Origin: Alphaproteobacteria bacterium | GTDB taxonomy: Bacteria > Pseudomonadota > Alphaproteobacteria > CAAGCB01 > CAG-977 | Length of the DNA: 64,000 nucleotides | Direction of reading: 5' to 3' | Assembly (NCBI GenBank): GCA_017539865.1 | Contig: JAFYCE010000101.1 | Span: 7,089-71,088 of the forward strand | Shown here: positions 47,587-56,856 of the stretch, one piece after another | Layout: every line of letters starts with the position of its first letter | Position numbering within the stretch: position 1 is the first letter of the stretch | Translations under genes and position numbers: made by a program | Notes under the pieces: generated by a model | The model's database searches: none | Seen by the model: only the letters and a program-made list of their open reading frames with translations | Told to the model about the DNA's origin: nothing

Positions 47587-48200
47587 TGAAAAAGGCGCTT
47601 TTTCCTTTTCTTTTGTTTGCGGCGGCGGTTTGGACGGCCGGTCTGATATGGTTTGCGTCTTTGGTCAATCGCGCGCCTCAGGATGTTTCGACGCGGACGG
47701 AAGCTCTGATTGTTTTGACGGGAGGAACGGAACGCGTTGCGACAGCGGTGGATTTGCTGAAGCAGAACAAAGCGGAAAGGCTGTTGATTTCGGGGGTGAA
47801 CCGGAAAGTCGATTGGGTTTTATTGGCGCAGACGATTGACGGGTTGCCGGACGAGTTGTCGGACAACATCGTTTTGGGGCATGTGGCGTGCAACACGCGG
47901 CAGAATGCTTTGGAAAGCAAGGATTGGATGGACAGAAACAGATTCAAGACGATGCGGCTGGTGACGGCGTCATATCATATGCCGCGCAGTCTTTCCGAGT
48001 TTAAAAACGTCATGCCGGACGTCAAGATTATTCCTTATCCGGTTTTTCCGCAGACGGTAAAGCACCGCGAATGGTGGAAATGGCCGGGGACGTTTGTTTT
48101 GATTACGTCGGAATACATGAAGTTTTTGATTGTGGGAATCAAGCATATGTTTCCTTTTATACATGATTCTTTTGATGCGGAAAAAGTGTGTGGACAATGA
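47586..48200 (+). CDS. DUF218 (YdcF/ElyC-like) protein.
   Basis: TGATG coupling to ftsX. N-terminal TM segment; LIVLTGGTERV...LLISGVNRKV...ASYHMPRS. Confidence 0.65.
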   Translation: MKKALFPFLLFAAAVWTAGLIWFASLVNRAPQDVSTRTEALIVLTGGTERVATAVDLLKQNKAERLLISGVNRKVDWVLLAQTIDGLPDELSDNIVLGHVACNTRQNALESKDWMDRNRFKTMRLVTASYHMPRSLSEFKNVMPDVKIIPYPVFPQTVKHREWWKWPGTFVLITSEYMKFLIVGIKHMFPFIHDSFDAEKVCGQ

Positions 48201-48904
48201 AGTGGATCAGGTCTTTATTATTTAACGTTTATTATATCTTAGTGACGTTTGTCGTTTGTACGACGGGGGTGATATGCGGTTTGTTTTCGCGTCGTTTGTG
48301 TTCGTTGAACGCGCGGATGTGGGGTAAGCTGTTGTTATTCGGCCTGCGTTGGCTGGCGGGTGTGAAGTGCTGTGTGAAAGGGGTTGAAAACCTGCCGGAA
48401 AGCGGCGCTTACATTGTTGCGTCGAAACACCAGTCGGCGTGGGAAACGGTAGCGTTTCACGCATTGCTGCCGTCGCCGGCGTATATTTTGAAACAGGAGC
48501 TGTTGTACATTCCGCTGTTCGGCTGGAATTTGAAGCTGACGGGCTGTGTGGCGATCGATCGGGCGTCGGGAACGAAAGCGATGCGTTCGATATTGGAAGG
48601 CAGTGAAAAGCGTTTGAAGGAAGGCCGTCCGGTCATTATTTTTCCGGAAGGCACAAGAACGCAGCCGGGGGCGACGACGCGTTACAATCCGGGGGTCGGG
48701 CTGTTATATGAAAAGTGCGGCGTTCCGGTGGTTCCGGTCGCGTTGAATTCGGGTGTCCACTGGGCGAAAAAGGCGTTTTTGAAAAAGCCGGGGACGATTA
48801 CGATTGAATTTTTGCCGCCTATGCCTCAAGGGTTGGATAAGCGGGAGTTCATATCGGAATTGCAGAACCGGATAGAAGCGGCATGCGCGCAGTTGCCCGA
48901 TTGA
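48188..48904 (+). CDS. plsC: 1-acyl-sn-glycerol-3-phosphate acyltransferase.
   Basis: Acyltransferase motifs: SKHQSAWE (HxxxxD/E-type) and FPEGTR. Confidence 0.8.
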   Translation: MWTMKWIRSLLFNVYYILVTFVVCTTGVICGLFSRRLCSLNARMWGKLLLFGLRWLAGVKCCVKGVENLPESGAYIVASKHQSAWETVAFHALLPSPAYILKQELLYIPLFGWNLKLTGCVAIDRASGTKAMRSILEGSEKRLKEGRPVIIFPEGTRTQPGATTRYNPGVGLLYEKCGVPVVPVALNSGVHWAKKAFLKKPGTITIEFLPPMPQGLDKREFISELQNRIEAACAQLPD

Positions 48905-48909
48905 TAAGG

Positions 48910-48938
48910 AAAAAGCTCCGGATTACGGAGCTTTTTTT
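48910..48938. terminator. Terminator after plsC. It also encodes the last codons of the convergent flavin reductase gene.
   Basis: AAAAAGCTCCG-gatta-CGGAGCTTTTTTT. Confidence 0.7.
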
Positions 48939-49648
48939 GTAAATTTTTTCTTGGCCGGATATTTTTTAAAGGGCTTTTTTTCATTTTTTTCCGGCCGGAA
49001 GGTTTTATTTTTTTGTTCGCCTGTTTTTTTGTTTTTTTGAGCGGCGCGGCGTTCATGTTTGATTCGGGCGATTTTTTGTTTGCGCGTTTTCTTTTTGGCG
49101 ACCGAAAAACCGAAGGAGCCGAGCTTTCCGCCCAAAGCGTAATAAGCTCCGTGACAGAAAGCGACCAGTCCGCTTTTTTCCAATTCGAAGCGGCCGTTGG
49201 CGTCCAGCAATTCTTCATCGACGCGGACGGCGACGATTTCGGCCAGAAACATATCGTGCGATCCCAGCGATTTGATTTCGGTGACGCGGCATTCAAGGGA
49301 CAGGGGGCTTTCTTCGATGACGGGGGCTTTGACTTTTTTGCCGGCGGACGGAGTCAACCCCGTTTCTTTGAATTTATCGGTGTCGCGGCCTGATTTGACG
49401 CCGCAGAAGTCGGCGGCTTTCAGCATTTTGGCGGTTGTCAGGTTGATGACGAATTCGCGGCTGTTTTTGATGATTTCGTGTGAAAATCGGGACGGGCGTA
49501 CGGAAATGTAGGTCATGGCGGGATCCGAATTGATGATTCCCGTCCATGCGACGGTCAGGACGTTGGGTTTTTCCATCGTACCGCAAGTCACCATGACGGG
49601 CGGCAAGGGGTATAACATGGTTCCGGCGGGCCAAACGATTTTTGTCAT
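48923..49648 (-). CDS. Flavin reductase-like FMN-binding protein with a Lys-rich C-terminal tail.
   Basis: RBS AAGGAGC. Flavin_Reduct-like core (PLPPVMVTCGT...NVLTVAW) followed by about 60 aa of K/R-rich tail. Confidence 0.7.
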   Translation of the reverse strand: MTKIVWPAGTMLYPLPPVMVTCGTMEKPNVLTVAWTGIINSDPAMTYISVRPSRFSHEIIKNSREFVINLTTAKMLKAADFCGVKSGRDTDKFKETGLTPSAGKKVKAPVIEESPLSLECRVTEIKSLGSHDMFLAEIVAVRVDEELLDANGRFELEKSGLVAFCHGAYYALGGKLGSFGFSVAKKKTRKQKIARIKHERRAAQKNKKTGEQKNKTFRPEKNEKKPFKKYPAKKKFTKKAP

Positions 49649-49772
49649 AGAAAGCTCCTTTGATAAAACGCAAGCGATTATAGCGGCCTTTTAAAAAAAC
49701 GAAAGCGGATATTTTTATATTTTTTTCCGTTTTTTTTGATATAGTTTCCGAAAAGGCGGAAAGGGGCGGAAC

Positions 49773-50816
49773 ATGCGTCGGCTGATAGAAAAAGCGGAAA
49801 ATGAACATTCGTTGGACAAGGCGGATATCGTCGCTTTATTAAGCGATGGAGAATCAACACAAGAGTTATTGAATGCCGCGGACAGGGTTCGGGAACGGTA
49901 TGTCGGGTCGGCGGTTCATTTGCGCGGGCTGATAGAGTTTTCGAATTACTGCCGGCAGAACTGCTGTTATTGCGGAATACGCAGGGACAATAAACAAGCG
50001 CAAAGATATCGCTTAAATCCGGAAGAGATCGTTTTGCATGCGCGGGCGGCGGCGAAGCTGGGATTTAAAACGGTTGTCATGCAGTCGGGCGAGGACGTTT
50101 TTTTCACGGTCGACCGGATGACGGATATCATACGCGAGATAAAAAAGTCCGACATTGCGGTGACATTGAGCATCGGGGAAAAATCGTTCGAGGAATATCA
50201 GGCGTACCGCGAAGCCGGCGCGGACAGATATTTATTGCGGATAGAAACGACGGATAAGGAATTGTATCACCGGCTTGACCCCGGAATGAGCTGGGACAAT
50301 CGCCGCCGGTGTTTGTCGGATTTGAAATCGCTGGGCTATGAAGTCGGGTCGGGATCGATGGTCGGATTGCCCGATCAAAGTATCGAATCGATCGCGGACG
50401 ATATTTTGTTTTTCAAGGAAACCGGCGTCGACATGGCGGGGATAGGGCCTTTTATTCCGCACGGACAGACGCCGCTGGCAAACGCGAAGGGACGGGAATT
50501 CGTTTTGTCGTTAAAGACGATGGCGATAACGCGGCTGTTGCTGCCGGATATCAACATTCCGGCGACGACGGCGATGGAAACGCTGAATCCGAACGGCAGG
50601 ATCATTGCTTTGCAAAGCGGGGCGAATGTCGTGATGCCGAATGTGACGCAGGGCGAATACAGGAAAAAGTACGAGCTTTACCCCGGAAAAATCTGCGTGA
50701 ACGACACGCCGGTGAAATGCCGTACGTGCATTGAAGCCAAAATATTGTCCATCGGACGGACGATCGGAACGGGCAAAGGGTTCCGCGGGGAATTTTTGAA
50801 CGGCCGGCCGGATTAG
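49773..50816 (+). CDS. Radical SAM protein of the HydE/BioB/ThiH family (HydE-like).
   Basis: LRGLIEFSNYCRQNCCYCGIRRDNKQAQRYRL (CxxxCxxC cluster; HydE-like context). No hydG/hydF or hydrogenase genes adjacent. Confidence 0.65.
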   Translation: MRRLIEKAENEHSLDKADIVALLSDGESTQELLNAADRVRERYVGSAVHLRGLIEFSNYCRQNCCYCGIRRDNKQAQRYRLNPEEIVLHARAAAKLGFKTVVMQSGEDVFFTVDRMTDIIREIKKSDIAVTLSIGEKSFEEYQAYREAGADRYLLRIETTDKELYHRLDPGMSWDNRRRCLSDLKSLGYEVGSGSMVGLPDQSIESIADDILFFKETGVDMAGIGPFIPHGQTPLANAKGREFVLSLKTMAITRLLLPDINIPATTAMETLNPNGRIIALQSGANVVMPNVTQGEYRKKYELYPGKICVNDTPVKCRTCIEAKILSIGRTIGTGKGFRGEFLNGRPD

Positions 50817-51541
50817 CCGCCGCTGCACGACAGATTGTTGGAAACGGGGGTTTCCAGATTTCCTTCCACCTGTGTCAAGGCGACGATATAATCGTTGTTC
50901 AAGGCGGCGCCCAAAGTGCCGGACGCCATCGGGAATTTACAAGTGATATAGTCGGGCATAACGACGGCGCCGGAGGAGGAATTTCCGCCGGATTGGATAT
51001 AATAGGACGATGTCGCGCTGTTTGATATCGGTTTTAACAAACCGACGAAACGCGAACCGTTGGTGGCGTCGGCAATGGCGCGCAGAACGGTCATTTTCGC
51101 GGCTCCGCTGTATTTTTCGGGCATCGGACGGATGGTGGCGATATATTTGACGGTGTCTGTCAGATTGCATTTCGAAGCGGTCTGCGCGGCGGTCATGCAA
51201 AGCAGATAGGAACGGGTACCGTTTTGCGCTTTATACATCGTCGGCAGGTTTCTCCGGATGTGTCCCAGAAGCGTATCGTTTCCTCCGGTCAGAGCATTGT
51301 TGTTTGCGACGGCCAGTTGAACGATGCCGGTATTGATACTGTTGATGTATGTTTTGGCACTGTCGTTATAGCGCATGGCGTCCATATATCCGCGTTCCGC
51401 CGCCAGATGCTGCTGATAGGTGCTGAGCGCCATCGCCTGATATACGGGAACGACAAAATCGGCTTGTTCCTTTGTTTTTTCATGCAGGCTGCCAAACATG
51501 ACAACACCCATCAGCGAAGCCAGAACCATCCAGAAAAACAT
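50813..51541 (-). CDS. Hypothetical N-terminally anchored (periplasmic) protein, co-oriented 33 nt downstream of the giant pilin-like gene.
   Basis: RBS GGAGAAATTC-ATG. One N-terminal TM helix, then a Cys-containing, Asn/Ser/Thr-rich domain. Confidence 0.45.
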   Translation of the reverse strand: MFFWMVLASLMGVVMFGSLHEKTKEQADFVVPVYQAMALSTYQQHLAAERGYMDAMRYNDSAKTYINSINTGIVQLAVANNNALTGGNDTLLGHIRRNLPTMYKAQNGTRSYLLCMTAAQTASKCNLTDTVKYIATIRPMPEKYSGAAKMTVLRAIADATNGSRFVGLLKPISNSATSSYYIQSGGNSSSGAVVMPDYITCKFPMASGTLGAALNNDYIVALTQVEGNLETPVSNNLSCSGG

Positions 51542-51574
51542 GAATTTCTCCTTTCTTTGCCGTTCTTGTGCCGT

Positions 51575-54500
51575 TTATTTCATGTATCTACCATTACCAA
51601 TATCAAGAAGCGGGTTGTCCATCGGCGTTACGATGGGGAGATCGGCCGTGCCTTTAACGGCCATATTCGGCATTTCGAAGCGATCCGGATTGAAATAACA
51701 ATAGGTATGGGCGAGCGCGCTCCAACTGTCGGCCGGAATGCCGCCGAAATTCCAAATGAAACCGGAGGTGTTGTCGTTCGTCGGGGTGATTGTTCCCATG
51801 GCGACCCGCCATCCTTCTTCTCCAGAAGTTTCATCTACGTATTTATCTGCAACGATTCCCACGCGGGATCCGCCCTGAATGATGCTGGTCGCCGTGCGGT
51901 TCGTCTCATTGTCGGGAGGCAGATATCCGTAATTGTAGTTGGAACCGTTTGCCGCCACATTTGTAAAGCTTGACCCGTCGAATTCCGTGTAATAGGCCTT
52001 GATTGTATCGGAACCGAAGGCTTTTTGATAAATGGGGTTGACGGCCAGCAGCCGCGATATTTCAAACGCGTTCGGGGATACGGTCATTACGGCCTGATAT
52101 CCGTCAGGACAAGGTCCTTCATCGCTGGAGTATAATTTTTCAGTGCTTTCTGCGCCGGTATCGGTTTGGATCTCCGTTTTTACAAATTTTCCCGGAGCGG
52201 GAACCTTTCCCATGAACGGGTGCGCCCATCTGTAGTTTGCGTCACTTTCAATGTAGCGGTCTTTATCACTATTATATAAATCGAATTTGACATATTTTGT
52301 GCTTGCATCGCAACCGCCGCTGTTGGTGTTCGGGGCGCCGCTGTTTTCGCATTTACAGCTGTGTGCAGGATGGGTGCCTGAAGTGAAACCGTCGCAGTTG
52401 AATTCTTCGCCGCCGTTTGTCAATCCCAGATCCGCCGGCGTATAATAAGGCATTTTGAAAGAACAGTCGCCGGAGGCTGCACTGCAGGGCCAACGTCCGG
52501 CCCGATAACTGTTGGACAGAACGTAAATGCCTTTCAGAATGTAGTTGGGCAACGCTTCGCTTAACCGCGCGCCGCCGCGGGACGTGATTTTGATATCGTT
52601 CATCACGGAAATGAATGCGGGATCCACACGGAAACGGTCATACTTCTCATCTCTGTCATGTACGTTATAGGGGGTTGGCGCGCCGGCGCCAATCGAGGCT
52701 ACATTAATATCCACCGCCGCGTTTACGCCATTTAATTGGTACACATTACCAAGCATTTTTCCCTCATTAGCGTGGGAAGTATCAAGTTTGAGATGTCCTC
52801 TCGTATGGACAATATTCACCCATGCGCTGCCGTTCCAAATTTTGTCTTCCGGTTGGAAGAAAGAACCGCCGATACGTCCGCTTTCCGGATAAAACGCAAT
52901 GGGGCTGTTGCTTTCGCTGGCACTCCCTTGGATATTGGCTATTCTGATGGCTTTCCCTCTGGCGCCCATCTGACTCGTATCGCCGAAAACGGAAACTGAT
53001 AAATCCGTTCCGTTAAAATGGATACGGGGCGAGCTTCCATTTCTTACAAGCAGTTCCAGTGCGGTCTGGTCGCTACCATCGCTGGTGAGTTCGATTGCCG
53101 CTTTTGTCGGGGTCAGTTTGAACAGACCCATGTTGTGAGCTCCGATATTGGTTTGCAGCTGAATTTGCGGTGTAGAGTTTGATTCCAAGTTTAACATCGC
53201 CGTGCCGCTACTGCCCGTTGTTCCCACTGTCGCGTGTCCCGGAACAAACGTCGCGTTTGAATCAGCGGTTGCTGACCCGTCAAAATATCCTATTCTGGCT
53301 CTTCTGGTGTTCCCGGTTCCGATTAATTCCATTAAGTATGGGCCGCTGCTTATATTGATTAAAGTCGGAGCGTTCATATGAATATCAGCATTAGTCATAT
53401 GAAGTTGAGAAGAACTGTTCGTGCTTAATAGAATGTTGTTGTTTTCCATTGTCAAAGTGGAAGCGCCGCCGCGTATGGTCGCTTGCGTGGCAGCGTTTAA
53501 AGCCATACTTTGCGCATCCGCGTTTATGTCGGTACTTGCGGTCATGTTTATATACGAACCCGCGACCGTATTGATGTAACTGTTTGTGTGCGTATTGATG
53601 TAACCGCTTGCGGACGTATTGATGTTGCCTGTGTTCAGCGTGGTTCCGGAATTGTTTATGGCTAATCTGTTCGAGTCGTTGGATCTCATGGTAACTGTAC
53701 TATTTGTTGCAACGAACTTCGATTCACCATAGGACATAAAACTCTGTGAACCATCTATTTTAACGGATCCGTCACCTTTGTACAGGTGAGCTCTGTCTGC
53801 AGCCAACCACAGTTTTCCGCCGGTGCTGCCTTGCAAAAGGATATCGTTGGAGACATTCATAAGGACTTTGTCCGCTCCCAATGCGATCTTTGTCTTGCCG
53901 TCCGTATTCGTCCATGTCTGGTCGTTTCCCGCGCCGGTGTTTTGGGAACGGATGATGATTTTGCCGCCGACAACTTCCAATCCGCCGGCGTTTTTGATTT
54001 GATGGCAGGCGCCGTTCGTTCCGTTGTCGCAATTTTCATTGGCGCCGCCCATGTCCAAAGTCGTGAACATGGAATTCGCCCCCGGCATGCTGTTCGGTTT
54101 GCGATACAGGTAATCCCCCGCAAAGCCTTCCGCATAAACCGTTGTCGCCGCCACGCGTCCGCCGACGTCCGTGTTGACGCTGGCGTCATCGAAATAATCG
54201 CTGACATCGCCTTCCCAAATGCCTTGCGTTCCCAACAATTTTTTCTTGTCGACGGACAGCGCGGTCGACACTTTGCTGGTACGCATGTATCCGCCGTCCG
54301 CCCCGACCATCGAGGCGATGCGCGTCGCCCGCCGGTCGTCGATTTCCTGCGATCCGCTGTCGGATAAAACGACCCCCGTCATTTTATAACGGGAACATTT
54401 GATCGTCGCGCTCAGACCGCAATCCGCCCCGTTGCACGGGGACGTCGCGTATGTCGGCGATGTCGTGTCCTGTTTTTCAATACAAACCTGTCTGACGCCG

Positions 54501-54856
54501 AGCTTGTAATTGTCAATCAATTTGTTGCCGCGGAAGTTCGCTCCGTCAATCATGCTTGATGATAAATACGGCGCCAGATCCGACGCGGAAATCGATTTTT
54601 TGTTGACGGCGGTATGACTGCCGTTCAGTGTGTTGGCTTCCGACGCGTAATTCGACGTAATCCAGTTGCTTAACGCGTCTTTCAACTCTTTTATCTGACC
54701 GGCGATGGCGACTTCCTCCATTTCGGACGTGCGGTCGGCCGTCTGGCGGACAACCATCGGCGACATCATCGTCATCAATCCCAACAGCGCAATCGCTTCA
54801 ATCATCAACGCGCCGCGTTCGTTCATTTCCGTCTTATCGTTCCGATGCGCAACCAT
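51575..54856 (-). CDS. Giant (~1,093 aa) TadE/prepilin-like (class III signal) protein with a Cys/Asn/Thr/Gly-rich repeat domain; candidate pilus-associated adhesin.
   Basis: Start re-set to the ATG at 54856 (RBS AAGGAAGG). N-terminus is MVAHRNDKTEMNERG | ALMIEAIALLGLMTMMSPMVV, with Gly at -1, Glu at +5 and a hydrophobic stretch. The ORF-track start at 55147 adds 97 unlikely residues. Confidence 0.6.
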   Translation of the reverse strand: MVAHRNDKTEMNERGALMIEAIALLGLMTMMSPMVVRQTADRTSEMEEVAIAGQIKELKDALSNWITSNYASEANTLNGSHTAVNKKSISASDLAPYLSSSMIDGANFRGNKLIDNYKLGVRQVCIEKQDTTSPTYATSPCNGADCGLSATIKCSRYKMTGVVLSDSGSQEIDDRRATRIASMVGADGGYMRTSKVSTALSVDKKKLLGTQGIWEGDVSDYFDDASVNTDVGGRVAATTVYAEGFAGDYLYRKPNSMPGANSMFTTLDMGGANENCDNGTNGACHQIKNAGGLEVVGGKIIIRSQNTGAGNDQTWTNTDGKTKIALGADKVLMNVSNDILLQGSTGGKLWLAADRAHLYKGDGSVKIDGSQSFMSYGESKFVATNSTVTMRSNDSNRLAINNSGTTLNTGNINTSASGYINTHTNSYINTVAGSYINMTASTDINADAQSMALNAATQATIRGGASTLTMENNNILLSTNSSSQLHMTNADIHMNAPTLINISSGPYLMELIGTGNTRRARIGYFDGSATADSNATFVPGHATVGTTGSSGTAMLNLESNSTPQIQLQTNIGAHNMGLFKLTPTKAAIELTSDGSDQTALELLVRNGSSPRIHFNGTDLSVSVFGDTSQMGARGKAIRIANIQGSASESNSPIAFYPESGRIGGSFFQPEDKIWNGSAWVNIVHTRGHLKLDTSHANEGKMLGNVYQLNGVNAAVDINVASIGAGAPTPYNVHDRDEKYDRFRVDPAFISVMNDIKITSRGGARLSEALPNYILKGIYVLSNSYRAGRWPCSAASGDCSFKMPYYTPADLGLTNGGEEFNCDGFTSGTHPAHSCKCENSGAPNTNSGGCDASTKYVKFDLYNSDKDRYIESDANYRWAHPFMGKVPAPGKFVKTEIQTDTGAESTEKLYSSDEGPCPDGYQAVMTVSPNAFEISRLLAVNPIYQKAFGSDTIKAYYTEFDGSSFTNVAANGSNYNYGYLPPDNETNRTATSIIQGGSRVGIVADKYVDETSGEEGWRVAMGTITPTNDNTSGFIWNFGGIPADSWSALAHTYCYFNPDRFEMPNMAVKGTADLPIVTPMDNPLLDIGNGRYMK

Positions 54857-55273
54857 GGTGTCCTTCCTTTCTTTCGCCGTTTTTCTTTTCCGGCCTTCCG
54901 GCTTGTGCCGTCTCTTTACCTTTCCCGCCGAATCCGTTCCCGTCGCCCGAACAGGGCTTGCCGCGGACAGACTGCCGGCTTTTGTCTTGACTATCAGTCT
55001 AACGGTTAAAAAATCCGCAACGCAATGAAAAAAGTATATATCCGAGGTTATAAATAAAGGATTCCCGCCGTTTTCAAGAAAAATACACCTAAAGATATAA
55101 TCAATATAAGTTATTGAAAATAAACGATTCTGTTTTTTCCTTTTCAAGGACGGAAAAGATGAAAAATCTGTTTTTTTTATTCTTTCCGTTCCGTTTTTTT
55201 AGAAAAGCATGCGAATCGGATCTAAATCGAATCGCGGGAAGGCGTTTTTTTTATATTGTGCCGCCGGCAGAAT

Positions 55274-56149
55274 TTAATTCCCGCCGGGAGGGCGTGATGC
55301 CCCTACGGCCAGTAGCCAGTCGACGACATCGTCACCGGCGCCGAAATCGTACAAATCGACGTGATGCCCCGCCGGATAAAGCTTGAGCGTTTTGTTCGCC
55401 GAACCCGCCGCTTCAAATACCGCCTTCCCCTGTTCCACCGGAACGGTTTTATCCTTTTCACCGTGCAAGACCAGCAAGGGGGCTTGCAATTTCGCAATGC
55501 GCCGTTTCGATTCGTAGGTGTCTTTCAGAATATGCCTGACCGGAAACATCGGATAATGGACTTTCGCCGCATCCGTCATCGACGTGAAGCCGCATTCCTG
55601 AATCAATCCCGCCGGCGGACGGCGTTCCGCCAATCCGTTTGCCACTCCGGTACCCAACGACATGCCGTAATAATAAACCCGCGCGTCATCGCCTTGTTTC
55701 GACAATATGAAGTCCAAGCCCGCTTCCGCGTCGGCAATCAGCCCTTCTTCGCTCGGATGCCCCGGATTGCCGCCGTATCCCCGATACTCCAACAGCAATA
55801 CGCCGTACCCTGCGTTCACAACCGGTATCAATTTGTGCGCCGCATCCCCCGCCGGCCCCGTGTTGCCGTGCAGATACAATACCGTCGGCATCGCTTTCCC
55901 CGATTCCGTTGAACGCGGAGCTTTGTAATACGAAACCAATGTCAAGCCGTCTGCGGTCTTCAGCTCAATCGTTTCCAAGTCGGGCGATTCATCACGGTGC
56001 GGCGTGTTCACATGTCTGTGCGGGGCGTACATCAGACGGCGCTGAAACAGATAAATCGATCCCGTCAGAACGAAATACAAAGCGGCCAGACCGAAAATGA
56101 TTTCCAGCAATAACGTCATTCTTTTCCTAAGGGGTACAGTTGAAGTCAT
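55274..56149 (-). CDS. Alpha/beta-hydrolase (serine hydrolase).
   Basis: N-terminal TM segment; LYLHGNTG; nucleophile elbow GMSLG; C-terminal His region. Confidence 0.75.
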   Translation of the reverse strand: MTSTVPLRKRMTLLLEIIFGLAALYFVLTGSIYLFQRRLMYAPHRHVNTPHRDESPDLETIELKTADGLTLVSYYKAPRSTESGKAMPTVLYLHGNTGPAGDAAHKLIPVVNAGYGVLLLEYRGYGGNPGHPSEEGLIADAEAGLDFILSKQGDDARVYYYGMSLGTGVANGLAERRPPAGLIQECGFTSMTDAAKVHYPMFPVRHILKDTYESKRRIAKLQAPLLVLHGEKDKTVPVEQGKAVFEAAGSANKTLKLYPAGHHVDLYDFGAGDDVVDWLLAVGASRPPGGN

Positions 56150-56855
56150 AAATTCTCACATTTTCATCGGAAACAACAGCCGGAATGCGCCCCGACGGAA
56201 CAACATCCACCCCCGCTTTGTCCGATAACAGCCGGAAATTGCTGTTCGGACAAATGTTTTGAATCGTCCGTCGCGCCAGTTTCTTGTTATCGGAAACGGT
56301 TCCGCCGAACAGCCGTATCCGGATCTGCCGGTATCCGTCCGCCGCCGGCGGCAGAACATCCACATACGCGTTGACGTCGCCGATTTTATCCCAATGCCGC
56401 CGCGCTAAAGACCATTTTTGCTGCTCCGCCGCCAGATCCATGCCGTGCGGCGTTCCGGAACGGCAGGAATACGTCACCCCTATCGACGCGTCGCCGTATT
56501 GATAAAAGAAACGGTCGATTATCCGGCCGTTCAACGGCGCCGCCGCCGCGTCTATCGCCGGAAAAACGGGTGAACACGCCGCCGTCATTAAATTAAACGC
56601 CGTTTTTTGCGCCGCCTGAATGTAGCCGTCCGCCGTCGACGGCAACCCGTCGCGGTGCGTTTCCAAACGCAATTCCGTCCGTTCCCCCGCCTGAGTCCGG
56701 CGGACGAGAATGCGGAAAGAATCCATTTCCTGCCAGTCCTTATCCGCCGTTTCCCAGTACTTGTATTGCCGGTATAACGGATAGTCCGATTCATACAGCG
56801 GCTTCATACAGCCGGTCAACGTCAGCAAAGCGGTCAATAAAAACAGGCGTTTCAT
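56127..56855 (-). CDS. Hypothetical lipoprotein.
   Basis: Lipobox LTLTGC. No recognised domain. 1 nt after the prfB stop. Confidence 0.5.
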   Translation of the reverse strand: MKRLFLLTALLTLTGCMKPLYESDYPLYRQYKYWETADKDWQEMDSFRILVRRTQAGERTELRLETHRDGLPSTADGYIQAAQKTAFNLMTAACSPVFPAIDAAAAPLNGRIIDRFFYQYGDASIGVTYSCRSGTPHGMDLAAEQQKWSLARRHWDKIGDVNAYVDVLPPAADGYRQIRIRLFGGTVSDNKKLARRTIQNICPNSNFRLLSDKAGVDVVPSGRIPAVVSDENVRIYDFNCTP

Positions 56856-56856
56856 C

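Noticed and set aside
54857-55147. The 97-codon N-terminal extension of the giant ORF in the ORF track.
   Set aside because: The AT-rich extension is hydrophobic/random with no RBS. The ATG at 54856 has an AAGGAAGG RBS and yields a textbook class III signal.
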